A stretch of 31,269 nucleotides of DNA from Candidatus Omnitrophota bacterium (GTDB taxonomy: Bacteria; Omnitrophota; Omnitrophia; Omnitrophales; Aquincolibacteriaceae): contig JAZDJU010000042.1 of assembly GCA_043803685.1 (NCBI GenBank), positions 1 to 31,269 on the forward strand, written 5' to 3'. A program made the position numbers and the translations under genes. The notes beneath the pieces were generated by a model. It had not been told where the DNA came from. It saw only the letters and a list, made by a program, of their open reading frames with translations, and did not search any database. Below are positions 7,879-15,919 of the stretch, piece after piece (the first letter of the stretch is position 1; each line of letters opens with the position of its first letter).

Positions 7879-10074
7879 ATGCGAAAAATCCTTTCTTACA
7901 TGATCCCCGCGCTGATCCTCCTGGCGGTCCTTGCGCTCCAGTACAGTTTCCCGTCCCAGATCGAATCGGTCCGGGCCAAGGTCTTCGACGTTTTTCAAAT
8001 GATCAAACCGCGCGTTTATCAAGACACGCCGGTGCGCATCATCGATATCGACGACGAAAGCCTCGAAAAGTTCGGGCAATGGCCCTGGCCCCGGACGATC
8101 CTCGCGAAACTTGTCACCCGCCTCGCGGCAGGCGGCGCTTCCGTGATCACTTTTGACGGGGTCTTTCCGGAAAGCGACCGGACTTCCCCGCAAAATATGC
8201 TCCCGATCTGGGGAGAAGGCGCAACAAGCGAACTTTTGCGGGCTCAACTTGAAATGATCCCGGACCATGATACTCTTTTCGCAAAGGCCATCGCCAAAGC
8301 GCCTGTAGTCCTCGCCTTCGGTCTGACGAACGAACCTCACGCAAGACTTCCGGCCCTCAAGACGGGATTCCTGGAACATGGCACGGGCAAGGACCGGGCC
8401 ATGAACCACATTCGCCCCATCTTCAAAGGAGCTGTGGTCAATCTTCCTGATCTTGAAAAAGCCGCGCGCGGGAATGGCTGTTTTAATATGGGCGCTGAGT
8501 GGGACAATATTGTCCGGCGCGTTCCCTCGATCTTCCGTCTGAACGACATCCTCTATCCTGCCCTCATTCTTGAGACGATGCGGATCTACCAGGGCGCTTC
8601 AGCTTATAAGATCACGCTTGCCGGCGCGACGGGCGAAACTTCCTTTGGAGAAAATACCGGCCTTGTGAGCGTCAAGACCGGACTGCTCGATATCCCCATC
8701 GACGCGATGGGCAGGATCTGGCTTTACGATACCGGCTATAAAAAAGAACGTTTCATTCCCGCATGGAAGATCCTTTCAGACGATAACGCCCTCCGGGAGA
8801 TGGGCGGCGAAAAAGTCCTGTTCATCGGGGCGAGTGCCATGGCCATGAAGGACCTGCGCGCCACTCCTCTCAACCCACGCGCCGCCGGGGTCGAAGTCCA
8901 TGCCCAGATCATGGAGCAAATGTTCCTCGGCGATTTCCTGGAACGACCGGATTGGGCCTCCGGACTCGAATTCACATTTTTGACCCTGCTCGGGATCCTG
9001 CTCATTCTGATCCTGCCACGAGCCGGCGCCGTCCGCTGTGCCGTCATCGCTTTTCTGGCCATCGCCGGCGCGTTCGGGGTTTGCTGGTACGCGTTCGTCC
9101 GCTGGCATTTCCTGATCGACCCTGTCTTCCCGTCTTTCGCCGTCTTCGGGATCTACCTGGCGTCGTCCTTCCTTAACTTCCTCGGCACCGAGCGGGAACG
9201 CGGTCAGATCCGCGGCGCCTTCGGCCGGTATCTCTCTCCCGCGCTCGTTGAACGACTGGCCAAGAACCCGGGACAGCTCAAACTCGGAGGCGAAATACGT
9301 CCCATGACATTCCTCTTCATGGACATCCGAAATTTCACAGGGATCGCCGAGAATTTTACGCCTGAGGAGCTCACCCAGTTCATGAACAGCTTTCTCACGC
9401 CAATGACCGACATCATTCTTCAGCGCGGGGGCACGATCGATAAATACATGGGCGATTGCATCATGGCTTTCTGGAACGCCCCGTTCGAGGACAAGGACCA
9501 CGCTCTTCACGCCTGCGAGTCGGCCCTTATGATGCAGGAATTCCTCCGAACCACTCAGGGTTTTGAGAAAGTCCGCGTCGGGATCGGCATTAATTCCGGG
9601 AACGCCTGCGTCGGCAACATGGGTTCGGAACAACGCTTTGATTACACCGCTCTCGGCGATGAAGTGAACCTGGCCTCCAGGATCGAGGGGCTCTCCAAGA
9701 ATTACGGCGTCACAGCTGTCGTCGGACAAAACACTCTCGCCGCGTCGCCCGGTTTCGCCACGATCGAGATCGACCTCATTCGTGTCAAAGGAAAGACCAA
9801 ACCCGTCAAACTCTTCGTTCTTTTGGGAGACGCCGGGTTGAATGATCAACCCCTTTTCAAGGAAGTTCGGGGATATTTTGAGAAGATGCTCGCCTCTTAC
9901 CGTTGCCAACAGTGGGACGAGGCGGAAAAAGATCTCGAGAAATGCCGTCATATCACACTCCCCGGCATCGATCTCGGCAAGCTTTACGAGCTCTACGCCT
10001 CACGCATTCTTTCCTACAAGATCAATCCGCCGTCCCCTAACTGGGACGGCGTCACCACCGCCGATTCAAAATAA
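7879..10074 (+). CDS. CHASE2-domain membrane adenylate cyclase (class III)
   Basis: 'IDIDDESL..GQWPWPR' CHASE2, 'GVEVHAQ', three TM helices, cyclase motifs FMDIRNFT, DKYMGD and DYTALGDEVNLASRIE (Lys/Asp pair indicates ATP specificity). Confidence 0.92.
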   Translation: MRKILSYMIPALILLAVLALQYSFPSQIESVRAKVFDVFQMIKPRVYQDTPVRIIDIDDESLEKFGQWPWPRTILAKLVTRLAAGGASVITFDGVFPESDRTSPQNMLPIWGEGATSELLRAQLEMIPDHDTLFAKAIAKAPVVLAFGLTNEPHARLPALKTGFLEHGTGKDRAMNHIRPIFKGAVVNLPDLEKAARGNGCFNMGAEWDNIVRRVPSIFRLNDILYPALILETMRIYQGASAYKITLAGATGETSFGENTGLVSVKTGLLDIPIDAMGRIWLYDTGYKKERFIPAWKILSDDNALREMGGEKVLFIGASAMAMKDLRATPLNPRAAGVEVHAQIMEQMFLGDFLERPDWASGLEFTFLTLLGILLILILPRAGAVRCAVIAFLAIAGAFGVCWYAFVRWHFLIDPVFPSFAVFGIYLASSFLNFLGTERERGQIRGAFGRYLSPALVERLAKNPGQLKLGGEIRPMTFLFMDIRNFTGIAENFTPEELTQFMNSFLTPMTDIILQRGGTIDKYMGDCIMAFWNAPFEDKDHALHACESALMMQEFLRTTQGFEKVRVGIGINSGNACVGNMGSEQRFDYTALGDEVNLASRIEGLSKNYGVTAVVGQNTLAASPGFATIEIDLIRVKGKTKPVKLFVLLGDAGLNDQPLFKEVRGYFEKMLASYRCQQWDEAEKDLEKCRHITLPGIDLGKLYELYASRILSYKINPPSPNWDGVTTADSK

Positions 10075-10118
10075 AAAAGGACAGGCTGTCTTTTGACAAA
10101 GACGACCTGTCCTTTTTT
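10073..10118. terminator. Bidirectional intrinsic terminator
   Basis: AAAAAAGGACAGG / CCTGTCCTTTTTT inverted repeat directly after the cyclase stop, between convergent genes. Confidence 0.8.
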
Positions 10119-10177
10119 TATGTTTACCAATAGCTTACGAAAAGAAAACTCGCGCGTTCAAGACCATTCAAATGGCC

Positions 10178-11017
10178 TCAAGCATATTCGTAGACGATGA
10201 CAATGCCGGACTTGCCAGCGCCACCGGCATAAGTGCCGAGACCTCTGTCATTTCCGCCACCTGAACCGTACGCTTTCCCAGGCCTCCCTGCAGCAGCGCC
10301 ATTTGGCCCACCCCCTCCACCAAAATACGATGCTCCGCCGATAGCACCGTAAGAATAACCTCCATCGCCACCATCCATATTAATATTTCCTCCTGACCCA
10401 GAACCACCCACACCCCCCGGACCACCATATGTTCCTCCCCCTCCCCCTGTGGCAGAAAGATAGGCCCCAAAACTTGAGGTGCCTCCCGAAGAACCATTGT
10501 TTGCTCCTGCCGCCCCGCCTGCCCCTCCAATTCCCACAGTCACGGTCACCGAAGCGACAGAACTAACATCAATTAGCGACTCTGAGTACCCTCCCGCACC
10601 CCCCGCGCCAGCAGCACCACCGGAAGTAAGCTGGCCACTAGAGCCTCCACCGCCACCCACCAATTTAACCAAAACCTTTGTCACCCCAGACGGCTTGGTC
10701 CAAGTCGAGGTTCCCGTAGAAGTAAAAGACTGCACAGAAAGAAGCCCACCGCCACCGCCTAAATTAGCAAACGCACCGCCATTTTCGGAAACCTGAAACT
10801 TATTGGCCGTCGAATCAAAATAGATCCTTCCCTGGCCAGCGGAAGATACGCCTGGGGTCGTTGTTCCGGGCATGTCAAAAGTCGAGCCCTTTAAGCTCAT
10901 GTACTCACCGTAGGGAGAGGGATAGTAAGTGGTTAATTCCGATTTTCCAGCATAAGTAACCGGGGCTATCGCGATAACCAAAATCGGCAAAATACAAAGA
11001 CTCATTTTCTGAAACAT
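10178..11017 (-). CDS. Secreted protein with TTYYPSPYG N-terminal motif and Gly-rich, phage tail-fibre-like C-terminal domain
   Basis: Signal peptide ending in TYA; AAGGAGGGG RBS before ATG 11017; 'FTSTGTSTWTKPSGVTKVLVKLVGGGGG...GKSGIVIVYEY' Gly-rich fibre-type domain. Confidence 0.75.
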   Translation of the reverse strand: MFQKMSLCILPILVIAIAPVTYAGKSELTTYYPSPYGEYMSLKGSTFDMPGTTTPGVSSAGQGRIYFDSTANKFQVSENGGAFANLGGGGGLLSVQSFTSTGTSTWTKPSGVTKVLVKLVGGGGGSSGQLTSGGAAGAGGAGGYSESLIDVSSVASVTVTVGIGGAGGAAGANNGSSGGTSSFGAYLSATGGGGGTYGGPGGVGGSGSGGNINMDGGDGGYSYGAIGGASYFGGGGGPNGAAAGRPGKAYGSGGGNDRGLGTYAGGAGKSGIVIVYEYA

Positions 11018-11133
11018 TTCCCCCTCCTTTTGCATAGCGTTTCAAATATTCGATCTGCTTTAGCATCGGTTTCTTGAAAGATCAAACTTGGATGCGAGCA
11101 GTATAGCTAGCGGGGGGTGGCAACTGTAAAGAT

Positions 11134-11700
11134 TTATTTTTTCAAGGGGGACTTTTGTTTTTGAAATTCGCCATCTACCGCCGATTCAACATTCGTCGCA
11201 TCGGCGTCATCCATGAGCTTTTTTAAGGCAGCAGCTTCCGCTTGAACCTGCGCCGGAGAAGTTTCCGGCGCCGCTTTCACCTCATCCGAAACCTCACTGC
11301 CCTCGACATCTTCCGTTCTTTTCTGGGCGACCTTGCCGGACACCGCCCGAAAAATCCCTTTCACCATATTGGCCTGGACTCCGGCGTTCTGGGGATCGTA
11401 GAGGAATTCGTCGACCATGATGGTGCTCAAAGGCCCGAGCGTAAAAACAGTTTGATCAAGAAGCTGGATCTGAAGTTGTCCGTCTTCGCCTGTTTCGATC
11501 TTGTCACCCATGAAGATCGCGTCCCCGTCCTTGAGCGAATGCGCCCGCCTCTCGGAAGGCGTTGTGGCCTTGACCGAACCTTTCACGGACGCCGTGACTC
11601 CGGCCTGCACCGACTCCTCGACCTGGGCGGATGAACTTCCCTGTGCGCAGACTAAAACCGAAAAAAAAACTACCACGCATAGTTCAAAAGACCTTTTCAT
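11134..11700 (-). CDS. FecR-domain secreted protein, paralog 4 (shortest; lacks the GT motif)
   Basis: Signal peptide; 'GDKIETGEDGQLQIQLLDQTVFTLGP' FecR core; diverges after 'VSGKVAQKR' into an acidic tail; GGGGAGG RBS. Confidence 0.8.
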   Translation of the reverse strand: MKRSFELCVVVFFSVLVCAQGSSSAQVEESVQAGVTASVKGSVKATTPSERRAHSLKDGDAIFMGDKIETGEDGQLQIQLLDQTVFTLGPLSTIMVDEFLYDPQNAGVQANMVKGIFRAVSGKVAQKRTEDVEGSEVSDEVKAAPETSPAQVQAEAAALKKLMDDADATNVESAVDGEFQKQKSPLKK

Positions 11701-11732
11701 GAAAAAGAATTTCCTCCCCCGTGCAAGGATCT

Positions 11733-12638
11733 TTAACCTACTGACTTAAAAGACTGGTCCTGGTTCTGCGAACCGGAATTTTCCATATCGTCTTTCACCG
11801 TTTCCGCGGCATTCTGAGCCGCGCTCTGGGCCCCAAGCGTGCTGGTCTGGTTCAAAGTGTCCACGTTATTGAGAAGATCCAGAAGCTGTTGCGCGTCCAC
11901 TTGTCCCTGCGGCATCGAGACCGCATTGGGATCAAATCCCGCCGTCGCGTCGCCTCCGGTACCACTCGTCTCCTGAGTCAAAGCTCCGGCGATCCGGTTG
12001 AGGTCCGCTTCCGAAACCTGGAATACCGCCGCGGGGGCGCTGTTCGGACCATCCACGATCGTGGCATTCCCGGCCTCGTCGATATCCACCCCCACGATCT
12101 CGCCATTCACAAGATTGGTCACATAGATACGTCCCACACCAACGGGACCGAGCAGAACGATCGTGGACTTCTTCCCGTCAATGATCCCGGCCACATTGGT
12201 CCCGCGAAAACCGATGGAACCCGCGGGAAGCTCGACCGACATATTCTCTGGCTTCTTGTGCGCTATTTTCCCGGACACCACGCGGAAAATACCCTTCAGC
12301 ATACTCGCCTTCACTTTGCCATCATCGTTCGAAGGATCATACACAAATTCATCCACGGTGAGCCCGGCGGAAGGCCCTAGCGTAAAAACCGTCTGGTCCA
12401 AAAGAAGGATCTGAAGCTGTCCATCCGTCCCCGTTTCGACCTTATCACCCATGAAGACCTTGTCTCCGCTTTTGAGCAATCGAGCTACTGTCCCCGGAGG
12501 CGTGGTCGCCTTGACCTCGCCTTTCACCGCCGCCGCAACCCCGGCCTGAGGCAAAGCTTCTTCCGCGGCGAACACATGACCTGCGACCGTCACAGTAAGC
12601 GCCACAAGCCCTATCATCATCCAAAGATTTTTTTTCAC
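11733..12638 (-). CDS. FecR-domain secreted protein, paralog 3
   Basis: GTG start with GGGGA RBS; signal peptide; FecR core with GFRGT; ends shortly after the conserved linker helix. Confidence 0.85.
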   Translation of the reverse strand: MKKNLWMMIGLVALTVTVAGHVFAAEEALPQAGVAAAVKGEVKATTPPGTVARLLKSGDKVFMGDKVETGTDGQLQILLLDQTVFTLGPSAGLTVDEFVYDPSNDDGKVKASMLKGIFRVVSGKIAHKKPENMSVELPAGSIGFRGTNVAGIIDGKKSTIVLLGPVGVGRIYVTNLVNGEIVGVDIDEAGNATIVDGPNSAPAAVFQVSEADLNRIAGALTQETSGTGGDATAGFDPNAVSMPQGQVDAQQLLDLLNNVDTLNQTSTLGAQSAAQNAAETVKDDMENSGSQNQDQSFKSVG

Positions 12639-12662
12639 AGAAGCTTCCCCCTGTCAGATTGG

Positions 12663-14027
12663 TTATGTCTTTGAAACGCTGAAACCACCATTTCCCACAT
12701 TTTGGGCTGGCCCATCAGAATAGGTCACGACGATCTTCCCGTTCTGCGCCACTTGACCATCAACGTTTTCGAATGAAATGATCGCTCTACTCTCCGGAGT
12801 ACCCGATTGAACAGGAGGCGTAAAAATAGCATCGCCACTCTGCGAAAGACTCGAAAAAGGTACGTTCGCGAAAGAAGTGGCAAAACCTGTCGAACCTCCG
12901 ATCCCGCCGCCCATCGAAACAAGATTGATGCTTACGTTCTCCAAAGCCTGCGTCGTAAAATTAAGATTCCAACTCGCGGACACAGTTCCCGAAATATTTA
13001 CTGGGCTGCCTGCGCTCACCGTGGTGTAGAAAATGCCTGATCCGGAATAGGCATAGATCCCGGAAAGCCCTACCAGATCCGAGGTTTTTGTGCGCCCATT
13101 CTGAATTCCACCTTGGGTGTCATTTCTGGCTTCTTGTGCCCCGAGAATACTCGCGTTATTCAGACTATCACCGATACTGCCCAAACCATCGATCAGCGTG
13201 ACATTGCCTCCGGCAAGCACATTATTTTCGCCCGACAGATCCCCCATGTCCGTATTGCCGCCAAGCCCGCCGCCTGAATCACCACCGTCCTGGCTACCGC
13301 CTCCTTGCCCCCCGTTATCCTGGCCGCCGCCAAGCCCGCCGCTCAAACCATTCATCTGTTCGTCTGAGAGCTGGAACACGCCCGAAAGCCCTCCGTCCGC
13401 GCCGAACTCGACGCCAAACCCCGTGCGATTCACATTCTGCTGATCCCCTCCCGCTCCATCGATCGTAAAACTTCCATTTTGGGCGCCGGCGTCGTTGTTA
13501 CTGCCGGGTCCCATAAGCGCCGCAAGTCCCTGACCGTTCGCGCCGACAGAACCGCCCACGATCGTCCCACGAAACCCGAGAGTGGCCGCGGGCAGTTTTA
13601 CTTTCACAGCGTCCGGATCCTGGGCCGCGATCTTCCCGGACACATAGCGAAAAACACCTTTCGTGATGCTCGCCTTGATCTCTCCGCGATGGCTGGCGGG
13701 ATCATAAACAAATTTATCAATAGTGATCGCGCTGTTCGGCCCGATCGTAAAAACGGTTTCATCCAGAAGCAGGATCTGGAGATGTCCCAAGGCGTCGGTC
13801 TTCACTTCATCCCCCATAAAAATCGCCTGACCGCTCTGGGCCACGCGCCCGACCTGTCCCGGCGTCGTGAGTTCGACTTTCCCCCCGGCGGCAGCAACAA
13901 CCCCGATCCTTGTAAGGTCCTGGGAGATCCCTGAAACCGGAGGAACTCCTAGCGGCATCTGGGCGAAAAGAACGGGGACGGAAAAAACAAGCAGGAATGC
14001 GGCAAAAGAAGCGATGACTTTTTTCAT
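12663..14027 (-). CDS. FecR-domain secreted protein, paralog 2, with Gly-rich linker and C-terminal beta domain
   Basis: Signal peptide; FecR core with GFRGT; Gly/Asp linker; about 140-aa alternating beta-strand C-terminus reminiscent of TbpB/HphA-type small barrels. Confidence 0.85.
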   Translation of the reverse strand: MKKVIASFAAFLLVFSVPVLFAQMPLGVPPVSGISQDLTRIGVVAAAGGKVELTTPGQVGRVAQSGQAIFMGDEVKTDALGHLQILLLDETVFTIGPNSAITIDKFVYDPASHRGEIKASITKGVFRYVSGKIAAQDPDAVKVKLPAATLGFRGTIVGGSVGANGQGLAALMGPGSNNDAGAQNGSFTIDGAGGDQQNVNRTGFGVEFGADGGLSGVFQLSDEQMNGLSGGLGGGQDNGGQGGGSQDGGDSGGGLGGNTDMGDLSGENNVLAGGNVTLIDGLGSIGDSLNNASILGAQEARNDTQGGIQNGRTKTSDLVGLSGIYAYSGSGIFYTTVSAGSPVNISGTVSASWNLNFTTQALENVSINLVSMGGGIGGSTGFATSFANVPFSSLSQSGDAIFTPPVQSGTPESRAIISFENVDGQVAQNGKIVVTYSDGPAQNVGNGGFSVSKT

Positions 14028-14126
14028 GGCGGATATTCCTCAGAGGTGCCGGTTAATAAACGGCGTCATTATATCGCAACTCTCTCCGAGGGACATTAAA
14101 AAGAGGGTGTGAAGTGGAAAATTACG

Positions 14127-14155
14127 GGGACAGGCAACCAAGAAATGCCCGTCCC
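14127..14155. repeat. GGGACAGGCA-family palindrome (possible terminator or RNA stabiliser) between FecR paralogs
   Basis: GGGACAGGCA / TGCCCGTCCC; same core as the stems at 5281 and 10079. Confidence 0.55.
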
Positions 14156-14196
14156 ACTAGGGATGTCCCTTTAAAAATTGATCCGAAAGATCAAGA

Positions 14197-15717
14197 CTAC
14201 TGAGCGATCAGTTCGCCGGATCCCGTATCAGTCGATCGTGTGTAATCCGCAGTGACCTTTGCCTGCGCCGAGATATCGACCTGAGTGGATCCATCAGGCA
14301 ACGGCCTCATCACGTCCTGGAATTCAACCGTCACCTTATCGAAAGCGCCAAGACCATCAAAACTCGTAGGCCCTCCCTGTGTCAATTGCGCGCCCGTCCA
14401 TTCATAAGACGCAAATCCCGAAGGATCACCTGTCATGAAATTTTTAACCGACAGATCACACTTATCAATAAGCGGCGTCCCGGCGGATATCCCGTCGGGA
14501 ATATTGATCTGGACGCTACCCCCGATGATCTGATTCAGATTGTAATCTACATTCAGGGTCGCACTGAGCGTGCCCAGTAACCCGTTGTAATTAAAACTCC
14601 CACCAACATGGTGATAGTTCACGACCCCTGCGACCCGGGCAAGCATATCCCCGTTCAAAGTATTCCGGACGGTTTGAGGCTTGGGCTGCACGGAACTGTT
14701 CATAGCATCCTGGGAAGCGATGGTGGAATCCTGCATAAGATTGTTCTGGAAGATCCCCATCATTTGGGCCGTTTGTGTTGTCTGAAAACCCGCATACGTC
14801 TGCTCGCCGGATATCTTCCCCATATCTCCGGAACCAAAAAGCCCGCCAGTTGTCATCGGCACCGGACCCGCTGTTGCAGGCCCCGCACCAGGCGCGGGTG
14901 CCACAGGCAATGTTCCCGGAATCGGACCTGCCGGCCGTGGCGGCATTCCCCCTCCGGCAGGAGCGACATCATTTCCTCCCGTGGGAGGCGCCGGAACTTG
15001 CACGGCTGATGGCAAAAGGGCTCCGCCCAAATGCTGGACACGAGTCTCCGGAACCATGAACACGCCCGAAAGACTTCCCGTCGTGTCAACGCTCACGCCA
15101 AACCCCGTCCGGTTGACATGTTCCTGCTGACCGGAATTCCCGCCGGTACCGGTCATTACAAAACTTCCGATCGTCGCGCCCGTTTCGTTCTTCGTTCCCG
15201 GGCCCAGAAGCATCGCCATCGAACCCGTCGAAGAAACTTCCCCCGCCACGATCGTCCCACGGATCCCGATCGTCGCTGAGGGCAAATGGATCTTCACATT
15301 CTCGGGTTTGTTCGCCGCGATCTTTCCCGAAACGTAACGAAAAACACCCTTGGCAACACTGGCTTCCATTTTTCCCACGTGAGTCCCGGGATCATAAATG
15401 AACTTATCGATCGTAATAGCGCTGTTCGGCCCGATCGTAAAAACAGTTTCGTCCAAGAGAAGGATCTGCAAATGTCCCAACGCGTCGGTTTTCACCTCAT
15501 CACCGATAAAGATCTCTTCACCGCTTTGGACCACACGTCCGGCCGCCCCGGGGGTCATGACTTCGACTTTCCCCTGGATCCCGGCAACAACGCCGATCCT
15601 GGAAAGTCCTTCCAGAGAAGACCCCATACCTGGAACCGTGACCGGCATCTGGGCAAAGGCCGCAGCGTTAGAAATAATAAAGACGAAAACAAAAAGAAAA
15701 GTGAATATCTTTTTCAT
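14197..15717 (-). CDS. FecR-domain secreted protein, paralog 1, with Pro-rich linker and C-terminal beta domain
   Basis: Start moved to ATG 15717 (MKKIFTF, AAGGA RBS); signal peptide; FecR core with GIRGT; Pro/Gly/Ala linker; beta-rich C-terminus. Confidence 0.85.
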   Translation of the reverse strand: MKKIFTFLFVFVFIISNAAAFAQMPVTVPGMGSSLEGLSRIGVVAGIQGKVEVMTPGAAGRVVQSGEEIFIGDEVKTDALGHLQILLLDETVFTIGPNSAITIDKFIYDPGTHVGKMEASVAKGVFRYVSGKIAANKPENVKIHLPSATIGIRGTIVAGEVSSTGSMAMLLGPGTKNETGATIGSFVMTGTGGNSGQQEHVNRTGFGVSVDTTGSLSGVFMVPETRVQHLGGALLPSAVQVPAPPTGGNDVAPAGGGMPPRPAGPIPGTLPVAPAPGAGPATAGPVPMTTGGLFGSGDMGKISGEQTYAGFQTTQTAQMMGIFQNNLMQDSTIASQDAMNSSVQPKPQTVRNTLNGDMLARVAGVVNYHHVGGSFNYNGLLGTLSATLNVDYNLNQIIGGSVQINIPDGISAGTPLIDKCDLSVKNFMTGDPSGFASYEWTGAQLTQGGPTSFDGLGAFDKVTVEFQDVMRPLPDGSTQVDISAQAKVTADYTRSTDTGSGELIAQ

Positions 15718-15919
15718 CGGCTTGTCCTTTTCATGGTATACCCCGTTGACCCTCGTATTTTCTCTATAGGGAAAAGGTACACGAGCTTTCAAAATATTAC
15801 AACGCTCTATTTATAGCAAATTATAGCTTTTTTACTCTGCGCAGACTATTAAAGACTTTATGTTGTCATTCGAGGCGCCTATTCTTGCAGAAGAATACCA
15901 GAGGAGAAAATCTTGGGGT

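Noticed and set aside
7702..8409. 235-aa minus-strand ORF spanning the structured region
   Set aside because: Mostly antisense to the cyclase, with no recognisable protein features
8776..9951. 391-aa minus-strand ORF inside the cyclase
   Set aside because: Antisense shadow; the cyclase motifs are unambiguous on the plus strand
10178..11017. Prophage remnant suggested by the tail-fibre-like domain
   Set aside because: The protein has a Sec signal peptide and no integrase, capsid or other phage genes are nearby
11134..15717. Classical FecIRA-type sigma/anti-sigma iron signalling
   Set aside because: The proteins have cleavable signals and no cytoplasmic anti-sigma domain; no ECF sigma or TonB-dependent receptor is in the window
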